The notes beneath the pieces are model-generated. The model searched no databases. It was not told where the DNA came from and worked only from the letters and a program-made list of their open reading frames with translations. The position numbers and the translations under genes were made by a program. DNA of 64,000 bases from Octopus sinensis (Eukaryota): NCBI RefSeq assembly GCF_006345805.1, contig NC_043012.1, forward strand, positions 8,680,001 to 8,744,000. Reading direction: 5' to 3'. This document shows, in pieces, positions 37,683-49,789 of this stretch (position 1 is its first letter; each line of letters starts with the position of its first letter).

Positions 37683-39195
37683 GTGAGTGAAATTCTTGTC
37701 TTCTCTCTTGTTTCTCTTTCTAGAATCGACTTTACACCGACGCACACCACCACCACTACATTCTTTATTCATGTGAAACACACATTTTACCATTTAATCC
37801 GTGTCTTTATTAATTTAAAGGCTTCTATGTTCCAATTTTTGGAGGTGGGTGTTTGCTATTTTGTAAACAATTTGTGGGTGGGTTAACCTATCATGTGATG
37901 GTTTTGTCGGATATATCGAAATCGGGGACGAAACATGTAGCAACAGTCTCTCCCCTCTTCATGTTTCGCTAATATATTATCCAGCGCACACTTTACCAAC
38001 ATGTAACTTCACTAATTTTATTAATTACTTCGCCCCTGACCCCCTTCCTTTCACCTGACATAAAAGCCTAGGTTTTTTTTTTGTTTTTGTGTGGGTGGGT
38101 ATCGTCATCTCAGTCGACCCTGGAGTATTACTGGTACGTCGAAGTGTCGACATCTGAAGCGACAATGTAGGGTTTTAACTTGATTGATCTACATGTAATG
38201 TGAACCTTGACCAGTTTTTGTAACTTACTAGAAAAATCATGAAATGTAAAGTTTGAATGTATGTCACAGTCTACAAACCTCTACATCCATACATACTCAT
38301 ACAATCTATACTCTTCTAAGACTAATTGATATACAGACTACGTTGGCTACTCTTTCAGTGTACATTGGCCTTGGATTTATAGTTTTTGCTTCTTCAAGGC
38401 TTCTAAACATCTAACAATCATAAGACTGAATTTTTAAAATAATATATCCACATACAGTTGATTACATTTTAAATTATGTTGTGGTCATTAAGCTATATTG
38501 ATGCCACCTGGCTCTAAAATATTGCTTTAATCCTAACACCACGCTCTACTCCAAGTCGAAAATAGGTGTCTACACTTTGTTGGACACAGTGACCATTATA
38601 GAGACTTGGTTGAATCCGTTACAAACTGTATAATTGCTGGATTACGCCATAGAAACGGTTAGTCTTTGGATAACATTCCGACAGAATTGGGAAGTGTCTC
38701 GATGAGCAATGTTCTATATTTCTTCATTGAACAGACGTAATTATGTACGTGATGGTACAACTGGTGAAGAAGCAGTCGTACATTCGAGGGAACTATTAAA
38801 AGATTATGACTTATCAGATGAAAGTAATTTGCTATCATTCATTTATCGATAGAATTCGTTGTTCTGGAGCTCAAAGTGTGAGGTGGCGGTGGCGGAGACC
38901 AAGAAATACATCCGAGAATATTACTGCTATTTAGACTCTCGGGAAGCAATTAACAAGGCTAACCGGTGGCTTACACAACTGGTGGTTGTTTTATTCTTTT
39001 TTTTTATTTTTCTGTCGAACTTAAATTTATGAAGCACCGAACTAACCGACACTCCCACCTCTCTCTGTCTCTTTCACTCACATTCACGCCATGTCAATGT
39101 CTAATTAAGATACCCTCTATTAACAGTAACGATGCGATTGAAGTTTTCGTAGCTCAAAGAAGATAGTTTTATATAACATTTGTATAAAACTATTC

Positions 39196-39230
<35 letters not shown>

Positions 39231-42200
39231 CATGGCTATGCTGTGGTGTTCTTGCTTTTCCTCAAGGATGAAAGACACGATTTCTCTTACTAAACCTGCC
39301 GCCTATTTCAAGTTTATAATGGTAGTTGTAACGTCCGTAGGAGTTATTAAAATCCTTACGCTTAACGAGACTTTAATAACGAAAACCTCAATGAAATGGA
39401 ATCCTATGGCTTCTGTTTAACCCTCCCCCAATCCATTTTATATGTATGTCACAGATAACGATCACCGCCCTCTACTTAAAATAATGTTAAGTAACAATTA
39501 ATTTGACTGAATTAAAATTTTCTTTTTTCTCTCTTATTTCTCATATTTGCTTACGTTCTGACTTGCTTCCAACTAACTGTCTTTCCTATATTCGCTCAAA
39601 GACAGATATATTGTATAAAAACTGTGTTACATCACTGCCAGCTCATTTTATCTACTCCAGGGAAAGAGATAAGCAAAATCGATCCCATTTCGATCCTAAC
39701 TCAAGCTAGAGACATTTAAATAAATCTCTCCGTTCTCTGGTTCTAAATTGGTTCAATATTTGTAGCTAATGTTGTTACAGGATCATTTCAGTGTAGTATA
39801 TTTCAACGTCATGTAGTGATTTTCGACTTATACACACTCAGCGGCAACATTTGTGACATTCTCTTCAACAGCTGTCGACCAGATACTATAATTTCGGCAC
39901 CTTCCTACTGTATCTTTCCAATTTTGCGTCATAAAATGTGTCAAGTACTTCGGATAGTGGCCTTCCCGTTTTCCTAACTGCGAAGAGCTATTACACGAAC
40001 ACACACACACACACGTGTGTGTTAGTTAGCTCTGATTCCGTTCTAATTAACGCGTGGTATTGTTTAGCCCCAGGTCAGATATATAATCAAATGCGTTCCA
40101 GCCATGACCACTCTGAATTTTTTCCAGATTACCATTTCCTCTTAAGACGGAAGGATGGGAGATTTGGCTCCTATTTCTAGCGGCTCCAGCGACTTAGAAG
40201 AAGACTCATTTGCTGACTTTGTGTATATTTGTGCGCTGTTTATGTTCGTTCCCCGACAGTGTGACCCAAAGAAACGCCTACTTTTAATTGAATTCTTCTT
40301 CAAACATTTGTTACATACTTCTTCGAATTCCACTGCTTCTCCCCCCTCTCTCTGCCTGACTGTTCGTTTCTCTATCTTTCTGTCACACACATCGTGCACG
40401 ACAAACTAAAGAACTCGAACCTGTGTAGTAGCCGACCTGCTAGAAATATCAGCCAAATCACACTTGTCTTAAAAACAAGGTCATTATTAAACAGTGTAGT
40501 CTCTTACATACCTTACAGACGATGGGGTCACGGTTGGGACGTCTTTGGTCATAGATCTGCTGAGTGAGGAATGACCTGGGTCTAAACAACAACCACTAAA
40601 AGACTTTTTCCTAAACAAAGGAGCATAATGAAGGTCGTGTCTTTTTTTTTTTTTTTTTTAAGGATACTTTGGATAAGGTAGTCTCTGATTTCCGAAATAG
40701 ATAGGGTGGTTCTGGTTGGAGTGCCTTTTGGTGACATATTCCCTTCTGAATTAACTTCCAATAATACACTTGTGATCAATTCGCTTCTTCATTCCAATAA
40801 TAATAGTTCTTTCATTTATATATGATTTCAGTTGGGCACACACAAGACATCTTGTTTAAGATTGTAAGGAATGTGATGTTGTGACATAGGGGTTCTCTTT
40901 AAAAAGTCTCACCAATATAGGTGCAGGATGGCATTGTGGTTAAGTAGTTCACTTTCCACCCACATGGTTTCAGGCTCAGTCCCACTCTCTGGCACCTTGT
41001 ACAAGTGTTTTCTACAATTGCCCTGGTTCAAACAAAATCTTGTGAGGGAATTTAGTAGACAGCAACTATGTGGAAGCCTGTATGTATGTGTCATCATCAT
41101 TTCACGTCCGTTTTCCATGCTGGCATGGGTTGGACTGCTTGACATGTCTGTTTTGGCATGGTTTCTACAGCTGGATGCACTTCCTAACACCAATCACTTT
41201 ACAGAATGTGCTGGGTGCTTATATCATCATCATCATCGTTTAACGTCTGCTTTCAATGCTAGCATGGGTTGGACGATTTGACTGAGGACTGGCGAACCAG
41301 ATGGCTGCACAAGGCTTCAATCTTGATCTGGCAGAGTTTCTACAGCTGGATACCCTTCCTAACGCCAACCACTCTGAGAGTGTAGTGGGTGCTTTTACAT
41401 ACCACTGGCACGAAGGCCAGTCAGGCGGTACTGACAGCGGCCATGCCCAAATGGTGCTTGTTATGTGCCACCTGCACGGGAGCCAGTCCAGCGGCACTGG
41501 CAACTACCTCGCTCGAATGTTTTTTCACGTGCGACCAGCACAAGTGCTAGTAAGACGACGCAGGTAGCGATCACGCTCGAATGGTGTTTTTAACGTGCCA
41601 TCGGCATGGAGGCCAGCTTGTTGCTCTGGCCACGATCTCATTCGTATGGTACTCTTAGCGCTCCACTAGCACGGATGCCAGTCATCGAATTTGATTTCAA
41701 TTTCACTTACCTCAACGGGTCTTATGGATCTGGATTGGATTGGTGTTGCAGCATCGCTTGTGACTGACACAGCTAATGCATGAGTGACAGTTACGGCTGC
41801 AATGGTCGCAAATGTGGTTGGTCGTTTGTTGGTGGTTTGGTCTTCCTGTGCCTCCATCTGTCCTCTGCTGTTTGACATATGTGATCTTCTCCATCCCTCA
41901 GGGTGTTACTCAGCATCTGTCTCCAGCAGCAACTGTCTTTTGCCATGTTCTCTCAGGTTTTGATATTCATACTCATCGCTTCATGTCACGTTTGCACACT
42001 TCCTTGAAATGGGATGTGGGTCATCCACAATACCAAATATATATGTTTTATTTATTATTTTGCACATTAATTTATCATTGGTATATGTTTTATCTTATAC
42101 TTAATCTTTCTATAAGATGTAATTTTTCTAAATTGTATAATTTAATTTTTTCATTATTGAATTGATAAAAGGTGGGGGTTTTTTCTACTTTATATATATA

Positions 42201-42265
42201 ATATTGTGAAATTTGATATAGTATTTCTAAATTAAATTTTTCCCTGTAAGTTTGGAATAATATAT

Positions 42266-42296
42266 ACGTGTGTGTGTGTGTATATATATATATATA

Positions 42297-42336
<40 letters not shown>

Positions 42337-42579
42337 ATATATATATATATATGTGTGTGTGTATATATATATATATATGTGTGTGTGTATATATATATAT
42401 ATGTGTGTGTGTATATATATATATGTGTGTGTATATATATATATATGTGTGTGTGTATATATATATATGTGTGTGTGTATATATATATATGTGTGTGTGT
42501 GTGTGTATATATGTATGTGTGTGTGTGTATATATGTATGTGTGTGTATATATATATGTGTGTGTGTATATATATATATA

Positions 42580-42648
<69 letters not shown>

Positions 42649-42661
42649 ATATATATATATA

Positions 42662-42705
<44 letters not shown>

Positions 42706-42940
42706 CAATAAGAGGCTACCAAATAGGAAAGCCTTGTGCTAGAAAGAGCAGTAGAAAACTCAAAACCACCAAAATGGATAAATTTTTGGTGGTTTTGAGT
42801 TTTCTACTGCTCTTTCTAGCACAAGGCTTTCCTATTTGGAAGCCTCTCATTGTATTTCTATGTGAATAATTTATAGTCTAATGACTAATGCGTTTTTTGT
42901 GGTAGGCCACTGGTAATAATAATTTCTTATTACCCTATTG

Positions 42941-42971
<31 letters not shown>

Positions 42972-43022
42972 CAAGTGTGTATATATATATATACATGTGT
43001 GATATATATATATATATACATG

Positions 43023-43054
<32 letters not shown>

Positions 43055-44500
43055 GATATATATATATATATATTATATATATATATATAGATTATATATA
43101 TATATATATATATATAGATATATATATATATAACATGTGTACATAGGAAATATATATATATACATACATATATAGATATATATATATACATACATATATA
43201 GATATATATATATACATACATATATAGATATATATATATACATACATATATAGATATATATATATACATACATATATAGATATATATATATAATATACAT
43301 ATATATATGTATATATGTGTATACATTTGTATATATATACGTGTATATATATTTATATCTATATATGTGTGTATATATCTATATATATGTGTGTATATAT
43401 GTACGTGTATATATATATATGTATATACATGTATATATATATGTGTATCTATACATGTATACATGTATGTATATACGTGTTTACATAGGAACATATATAT
43501 ATATATGTGTGTATATATGTGTATCTATACATGTACGTATGTATATACATGTGTACATAGGAACATATATATACACATGTGTACATAGGAACATATATAT
43601 ATATACACATGTGTACATAGGAACATATATATATATATACATGTGTACATAGGAACATATATATATATTCATGTGTACATAGGAACATATATATATATAT
43701 ACATGTGTACATAGGAACATATATATATATTCATGTGTACATAGGAACATATATATATATATACACATGTGTACATAGGAACATATATATATATACATGT
43801 GTACATAGGAACATATATATATATACATGTGTACATAGGAACATATATATATATATACATGTGTACATAGGAACATATATATATATATACACATGTGTAC
43901 ATAGTAACATATATATATATATACATGTGTACATAGGAACATATATATATATTCATGTGTACATAGGAACATATATATATATATACACATGTGTACATAG
44001 GAACATATATATATATACATGTGTACATAGGAACATATATATATATATATACATGTGTACATAGGAACATATATATATATACATGTGTACATAGGAACAT
44101 ATATATATATTCATGTGTACATAGGAATGTATATATATTCATGTTCACATATGCACGTATATATAAACATGTGTACATATGCATGTATCTATACCTGTGT
44201 ACATATGCACGTATGTGTGAATGCATATGCATGTATATGTGTGTGTGTATATATACATGTATATGTATATATATGTATGTACATGTATATATGCATGCGT
44301 ATGTATATGTATATATATGTATGTACATGTATATATGCATGCGTATGTATATGTATATATATGTTTGTACATGTATATATGCATGCGTATGTATATGTAT
44401 ATATATGTATGTACATGTATATATGCATGCGTATATATATATATATATATATGCGTGTATATATATGCATATTAATGTGTGTATGTATGTATATATATAT
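42266..44500. repeat. Large compound (TA)/(TG)/(CA) satellite, including a ~30-bp minisatellite at ~43540-44130
   Basis: Directly visible; explains all the long Y/I/H/T/C/V ORFs. Confidence 0.95.
42700..42858. mobile_element. Hairpin MITE (74-bp arms, 9-nt loop), TA-flanked
   Basis: 42701-42774 is the reverse complement of 42784-42857 with 2 mismatches; TA on both outer sides. Confidence 0.75.
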
Positions 44501-45039
44501 AGTGCGAGAAGTTGAGGTTATAAGCAATAAAGGTGTCAGGTAATGCTGAATAAGTGCTATAGACAGACCATAGTTAAGTTCCAGATACGGTAGTATTGTG
44601 GAGTGACACAAACCAAGTCTTTGGTTGGTGTAAAGTCCCTTCCAGTCCTAGAGTTACGTGGTAGTGGAATAGTACAGTAGACAAAGCCATTAGAACAAAA
44701 AACAGGTCTGGAAAACCTAGGAGGGTAGAGGTAGCAGGGAACTATATCAGGTAGCCAAAAGGGAGGCTGGGCGGCAGGTATACATAGCCAAGAGTGAAGG
44801 ACCAAAGAACTGAGGTATTTCGGATTGTCAAACAGTGTGAGAGAAAATTTTGATGTCACAGGAGATAAATCTATCCGCATGGATGATGGTGCATAAATTA
44901 AGGGGTCGATAAATTAAGTACCAGTTACGCACTGGAGTCAATACAATCGACTTAATCTGTTTGTCCTCTCTGTGTTTAGCCCCTTGTGGGTAGTAAAGAA
45001 ATGGGTATGAAGCCAGGAAAAGCCCCTGGCCCATCATGA

Positions 45040-45465
45040 ATCACTGCTGAGATGCTTAAAACATCTGGTGGTTTGAGCTACGACCTAGTCACCTGCATTG
45101 TAAATCAGTTAGTTCATGATGGAGTCATAGCCAACGACTAGCATAGCAGCACCATAGTCAACTGCTACAAGGGTAAAGGTGATTTTCTAGTTAAAAATAA
45201 CTACAGGGGTATCAAACTGCTGGATCAGGTGATGAAGGTCACGGAAAGAGTCATAGCTCATCTCATCAGGGAGAGAGTCTGCTTAGATGAGATGCAGTTT
45301 GGTTTTGTGCCGGGTAGAAGCACCACTGATGCCATATTCCTGGTTCGACAACTGCAGGAGAAATACCTAGCTAAAGATAAACCCTTATACTTAGCTTTTG
45401 TGGACTTAGAGAAATCCTTTGACAGGGTCCTCCAATCCTTTATCTGGTGGGCGATGCGGAAAATG
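45040..45465 (+). mobile_element. RTE reverse transcriptase fragment
   Basis: KVTERVIAHLIRERVCLDEMQFGFVPGRSTTDAIFLVRQLQEKYLAKDKPLYLAFVDLEKSFDRV. Confidence 0.92.
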
Positions 45466-45639
45466 GATAAACAAAATTATAAACGGGGGATAGGTGGACC
45501 TGAAGATTGGGGTTGTATATAAGGGGAGGTTCTGTAAGAGACTGTCTCTCAAGAACATAGTATACAATTTTCTCCTAAAATTGCTACCCTTGTGCCAAAA
45601 TTTGAAACTATTATTATTATCATTATTTAAGGCATTGGG

Positions 45640-46270
45640 CTGGCAGAATCATCAGCATGCCGGACGAAATGCCTAGCAGTATTTCATCTGCTGCTATGTT
45701 GTGAGTTCAAATTCCACCAAGGTTGACTTTGCCTTTCATCCTTTCGGGGTTGATAAATTAAGTACCAGTCAAGTACTGGGATTGATGTAATCAACTATTT
45801 CCCTCCTACAAAATTGCTGCCCTTGTGGCAAAATTTGAGACCATTATTATTATTATTATTATTATTGTTGTTGTTGTTAAGATGGTGAGCTGGAAGAATT
45901 GTTAGCACACTGGATGAATTGCTTTGCGGCATTTCGCCTGTCACTACATTCTAAGTTGAAATTCTGCCACGGTCAACTTTGACTTTCATCCTTTCAGGGT
46001 CACTAAACTAAATACCTGTTGAACACTGGTGTCGATGTAAAATTTGAAACCAATGTTATTATTAAGACAGTGAGCTGGCAGAATTGTGAGCACACCAGGC
46101 AAAATGCTTAGCAGCATTTCGTCTGTCATCGGAGTTCAAATTCTGCCAAAATTGACTTTGCCTTTCTTCCTTTTGGGCTTGATAAAATAAGTACCAGTTG
46201 AATACAGGGGTCAACGTAATTGGCTTACTCCCTCTCACAAAATTACTGCTAGTGCCAAAATTTGAAACCA
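45640..46270 (+). mobile_element. Three consecutive degenerate SINE-A-related copies with (ATT)n tails
   Basis: Repeated head/B-box/ctttgcctttcatcc core, three times. Confidence 0.75.
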
Positions 46271-46335
46271 TTATTATTATTATTATTATTAGTGGCTTTG
46301 ATTCTAGTAACATTTTTTTTTCTTTGTTTTGCCAG

Positions 46336-46479
46336 AGTTTTTTAGGTTTTGGCCAGAGTGCTGAGATTGACATTGTATTAGATGGCCAAGAGAGCAGGAA
46401 AACTGCTGAAATTAAAACTGAAGAAGGCAAAAAAGAGAGACATTTTCTCTACTTTGATGGTGAAACAGTATCCGGCAAG
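46336..46479 (+). CDS. VPS26: VPS26 exon 2
   Basis: SFLGFGQSAEIDIVLDGQESRKTAEIKTEEGKKERHFLYFDGETVSGK; CAG/GTGAGT. Confidence 0.97.
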
Positions 46480-47011
46480 GTGAGTTTATTGTTTAGGTAT
46501 CTTTTCTAAGACATGTATTTGCTTTATTGTCATTTTTTTTTTTTTAATGCTCTCATAATTTGAGCATTATTTTACTATTCAAACTTTATTGTTTTAAAGT
46601 AATTGTTTCTAATTCGGGTACAATCTATAAATAGATGGTCACCATAGAACTTATATTAGATAAAAATAACAGTTTGTAAAACACGATCTCGTTATTGCGA
46701 GACAGAATAATAAACAGCATGTATTTAGAGCTTTCTGTGTATATAAAAAAAAAAAACCTGTCTTATTGTAAACTTGTTACATAAAGACAGCAGCTGAGGT
46801 TGTGATAAATCAAATGTCCAATTAGCTAAACACCTGTACATCTGTGTCACAGCAACCATTATTGACTGAAGTATGCTTTTCACTTCAGAGCACTAAGACA
46901 TCAACACCTTGTCAGTTATAACCTTTTTGTCTCTGTACCAATTCAACATTTGTTATCCCAGAATGGGAATTATGGATTACAGATATTGTTTTACACTGTT
47001 TATACTTTGAC

Positions 47012-47330
47012 AGGCTCATGGCTCAGTGGTTAGAACGTCGAGCTTACGATCATGAGGTTGTGAGCTCGAATCCCAGACCGGGCTGCGTGTTGTGTTCTTG
47101 AGCAAGACACTTTATTTCATGTTGCCCCAGTTAACTCAGCTGTAGAAATGAGTTGCAACGTCACGGGTGCCAAGCTGTATCGGCCCCTGTATCAGTGGCG
47201 TGCAGAAGGGAGGCCGGTATGCATGGGCGACTGCTGGCCTTCCATAAAACCACCTTGCCCAGACTTGTGACTAGGAGGGTAACTTTCTAGGTGCAATCCC
47301 ATGGTCGGTGTCGTGACCGAAGGGGGTCCC
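47012..47330 (+). mobile_element. tRNA-derived SINE, third family (partial minus-strand copies at ~8090-8275 and ~27960-28210)
   Basis: tggctcagtggttag A-box, gagctcgaatccc B-box, tgtgttcttgagcaagacacttt central domain. Confidence 0.8.
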
Positions 47331-47484
47331 AACCCGACTTTGACAGGGTTATTTGATTACTAATTAAGGTGTTCCTTGAATAGTTAACTTACAGAGTTAT
47401 TATTGAGAGAGCAGGAGTTCAGATGCTAGCATTACTCAATTAAGAAAATTATCTTTGATAATAAATTAACAAATCCTGGATTAC

Positions 47485-48714
47485 CTACTCAATGCTTTAA
47501 CTCTTTTGTTACTATATTTGTTGGAACATACTGTCTTTCATAATCGTCATTTAACGTCTACTTTTCCATGTTTGCATGGATCAGATAGCTTTTTGATAGA
47601 TTTGGGGCAGATGCCCTTCTTGTTGCCAACTCTCACTTGTTTCCAGGTAAAGTAATATTTTACCAAGACTAAAAACAAACACTGCTTGTATGATGGTGAT
47701 GCCCCAATTACAGTCATTACATGGTGTCAAGACAAGGGTGCGCACACACCCATACAGAGTTTCTTTCAGTTTTGTCCTCCAAAATCCACTCACAAGGCTT
47801 TGGTTGGCCTGAAGCTAAAGTAGATGACACTTGCCCAGTCTTGTAATTTAGCAACAACTGCCTGCTTCTCTAGTTTGGTTGTCTTTAGTTCTTCTTTGAT
47901 ATTTTCCACCTGGAGAAAAAAAAATAACAGTTGAAATATTGAAAACAGTGTTGTGTTTTGTTTTCATACAGTATATTTACTATAGCCTACAGATTATTGG
48001 GTCAAAAATATACTGTAAAATCCACTTGACAGGTAAAGTATATGACTAAGACATTTAACCTTCAACAACCCAGTACTTCTGACTACTAACAGAGAGTATA
48101 GATGACTGCTGTAGAAAGAGTAATGTCAGCACTGGACAACAGATGGATATTTTGTTGGTATCTAATACTTACGATATTTTCTGGGATATCTAACGTCGCA
48201 TAAGACCTATTTACCAAATATATTTTGTGAAAAAACAAAAAAACAAAAGACCCTATTTGCCGAATATATTTTGTGAAAAAAAAAAGTCAAAAACAAATTT
48301 AGTATGTTTCATCACACACTTATTGAAAGATATTTCAAATTAGTTTTGTAAGGGGAATAATATATGATTTATAACAGTTATGTGAGTTATAATTAGTTAA
48401 GAAGCTGGTAAAGGTGATATGCTCCCATGGTTACAGTTCAATGACCGAAACTCAGTAAAAGAAGAAAAAATTACCTCAGCAGATATATTTTCCTGCTTCT
48501 TTTTAAATATCTCTAACTCTTTGTGCGACTGGCCAAAGAAGTATTCATTTCTTCAGTGTTGGACAAAGTCTTGGTGTGATCTGTGATTAACTCTTGCTCT
48601 CTGCTGTGGAAAAAAAACTTCAGTGTTGCTGATCTTCTTTTTCAACTGCTGGTATTCTTCTCTAGCTTCATCTATGATGCTATTTAGTTTCTTAATCTCT
48701 TCCCCATGGTTTTC
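47485..48714 (-). pseudogene. Antisense, intron-containing coiled-coil gene fragment nested in VPS26 intron 2
   Basis: Exon 48475-48714 (240 nt, AG..GAG|GTAATT) joins in phase 0 to exon 47838-47909 (tttttttttctccag|VENIKEELKTTKLEKQAVVAKLQD). That exon is split by a SINE and resumes at 47485-47542. Two frameshifts and a stop are present. Confidence 0.6.
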
Positions 48715-49789
48715 CTAATGATAACATCATCATCATCGTTTGGCGTCCGCTTTCCATGCTGGCATGGGTTGGACAGTGCAACTGGGGTCTGGGAAGCCAG
48801 AAGGCTGCACCAGGCCCAGTCTGATCTGGCAATATTTCTATGGCTGGATGCCCTTCCCTAACACCAATCAATATTGGTAATAATAAAGATGATAATACGA
48901 ACTGATACACTGCTTTTTTTAAAATTTCCACTCAACCTTTCTTGATACAACCAAGCCTCAATCTTTTCAACCACTGAAAACGATTTACATTCACCAGGAA
49001 TCAAAAGGATTTTTTTTTTTTTTTTTTTTTTGAAAAATCAAACAAATGAATCTTTTCTTAAGAGAGATGAATCCAAGATGGCGGCCTCTGATCAATATGT
49101 GCTTTTTAAGCTCCTAGAAAATCGCCGAGAAATTTCAGAAAAGCTGCGAACGCTATTATAAATAAAACTCAAAAATCCTTGAATGTCTTCGTGAATGACT
49201 AAGTATTGACTTGAGGAAATATAAAGTGAAATATATTAAGCAGGAAGAGTCTTTTGCGAACGTAGTAATTATAAACAGTGCAAATAATGGATTTTACGAA
49301 ATTTCAAGATTAATTGCGATTTTCGATCGGAACAAAAGAATAAAGTAAAATAAAATCATCATCTGAATAACTTTTGAATGAAAGCGTAACAAGACATATT
49401 TAAAGAAAAAGAAAAACCATCTGAAATATATAGATGGGAAGAACAGAAAATATATACACGTATACAGCACATGGTATCACTTTAACTTGAAGAGAAGTTC
49501 GAAATCTTCCGCTGCCTTGGAAATACCCATCTCTTTGGAAAAACTAGATAAGCATCTGTATATATATTTATATATACATTCCTTGGATATTGGAACAGTA
49601 CCTTTAATGACTCTACAAAATGAAAATAACTGTGTCTCCTTGCCGTGAATTTGTGTTACCATGTGCAGCAACCACAATTGAAAACACGCCAACCTACTTC
49701 GTAATGATATCTGTGAGTACATGCTGAGTTCTAGAAAAACCATACACACAGTTCCTCTAGAACACCCATACACACAGTTTTATTTATCA

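Noticed and set aside
37508-37756. Minus-strand ORF with caaaATGGCT context (MADLNSRGNE...)
   Set aside because: No downstream donor or homology; better explained as a YY1-type promoter motif.
38560-38990. Protein-like fragments (NYVRDGTTGEEAVV..., YYCYLDSREAI...)
   Set aside because: Interrupted by stops; probably an old transposon remnant that I cannot assign.
43540-44130. CRISPR-like look (constant repeat plus spacers)
   Set aside because: Spacers are only (AT)n, the context is eukaryotic, and there are no cas genes.
42090-44611. Many long ORFs (up to 223 aa) rich in Y/I/H/T/C/V
   Set aside because: Translation artefacts of (TA)/(TG)/(CA) repeats, which lack stop codons.
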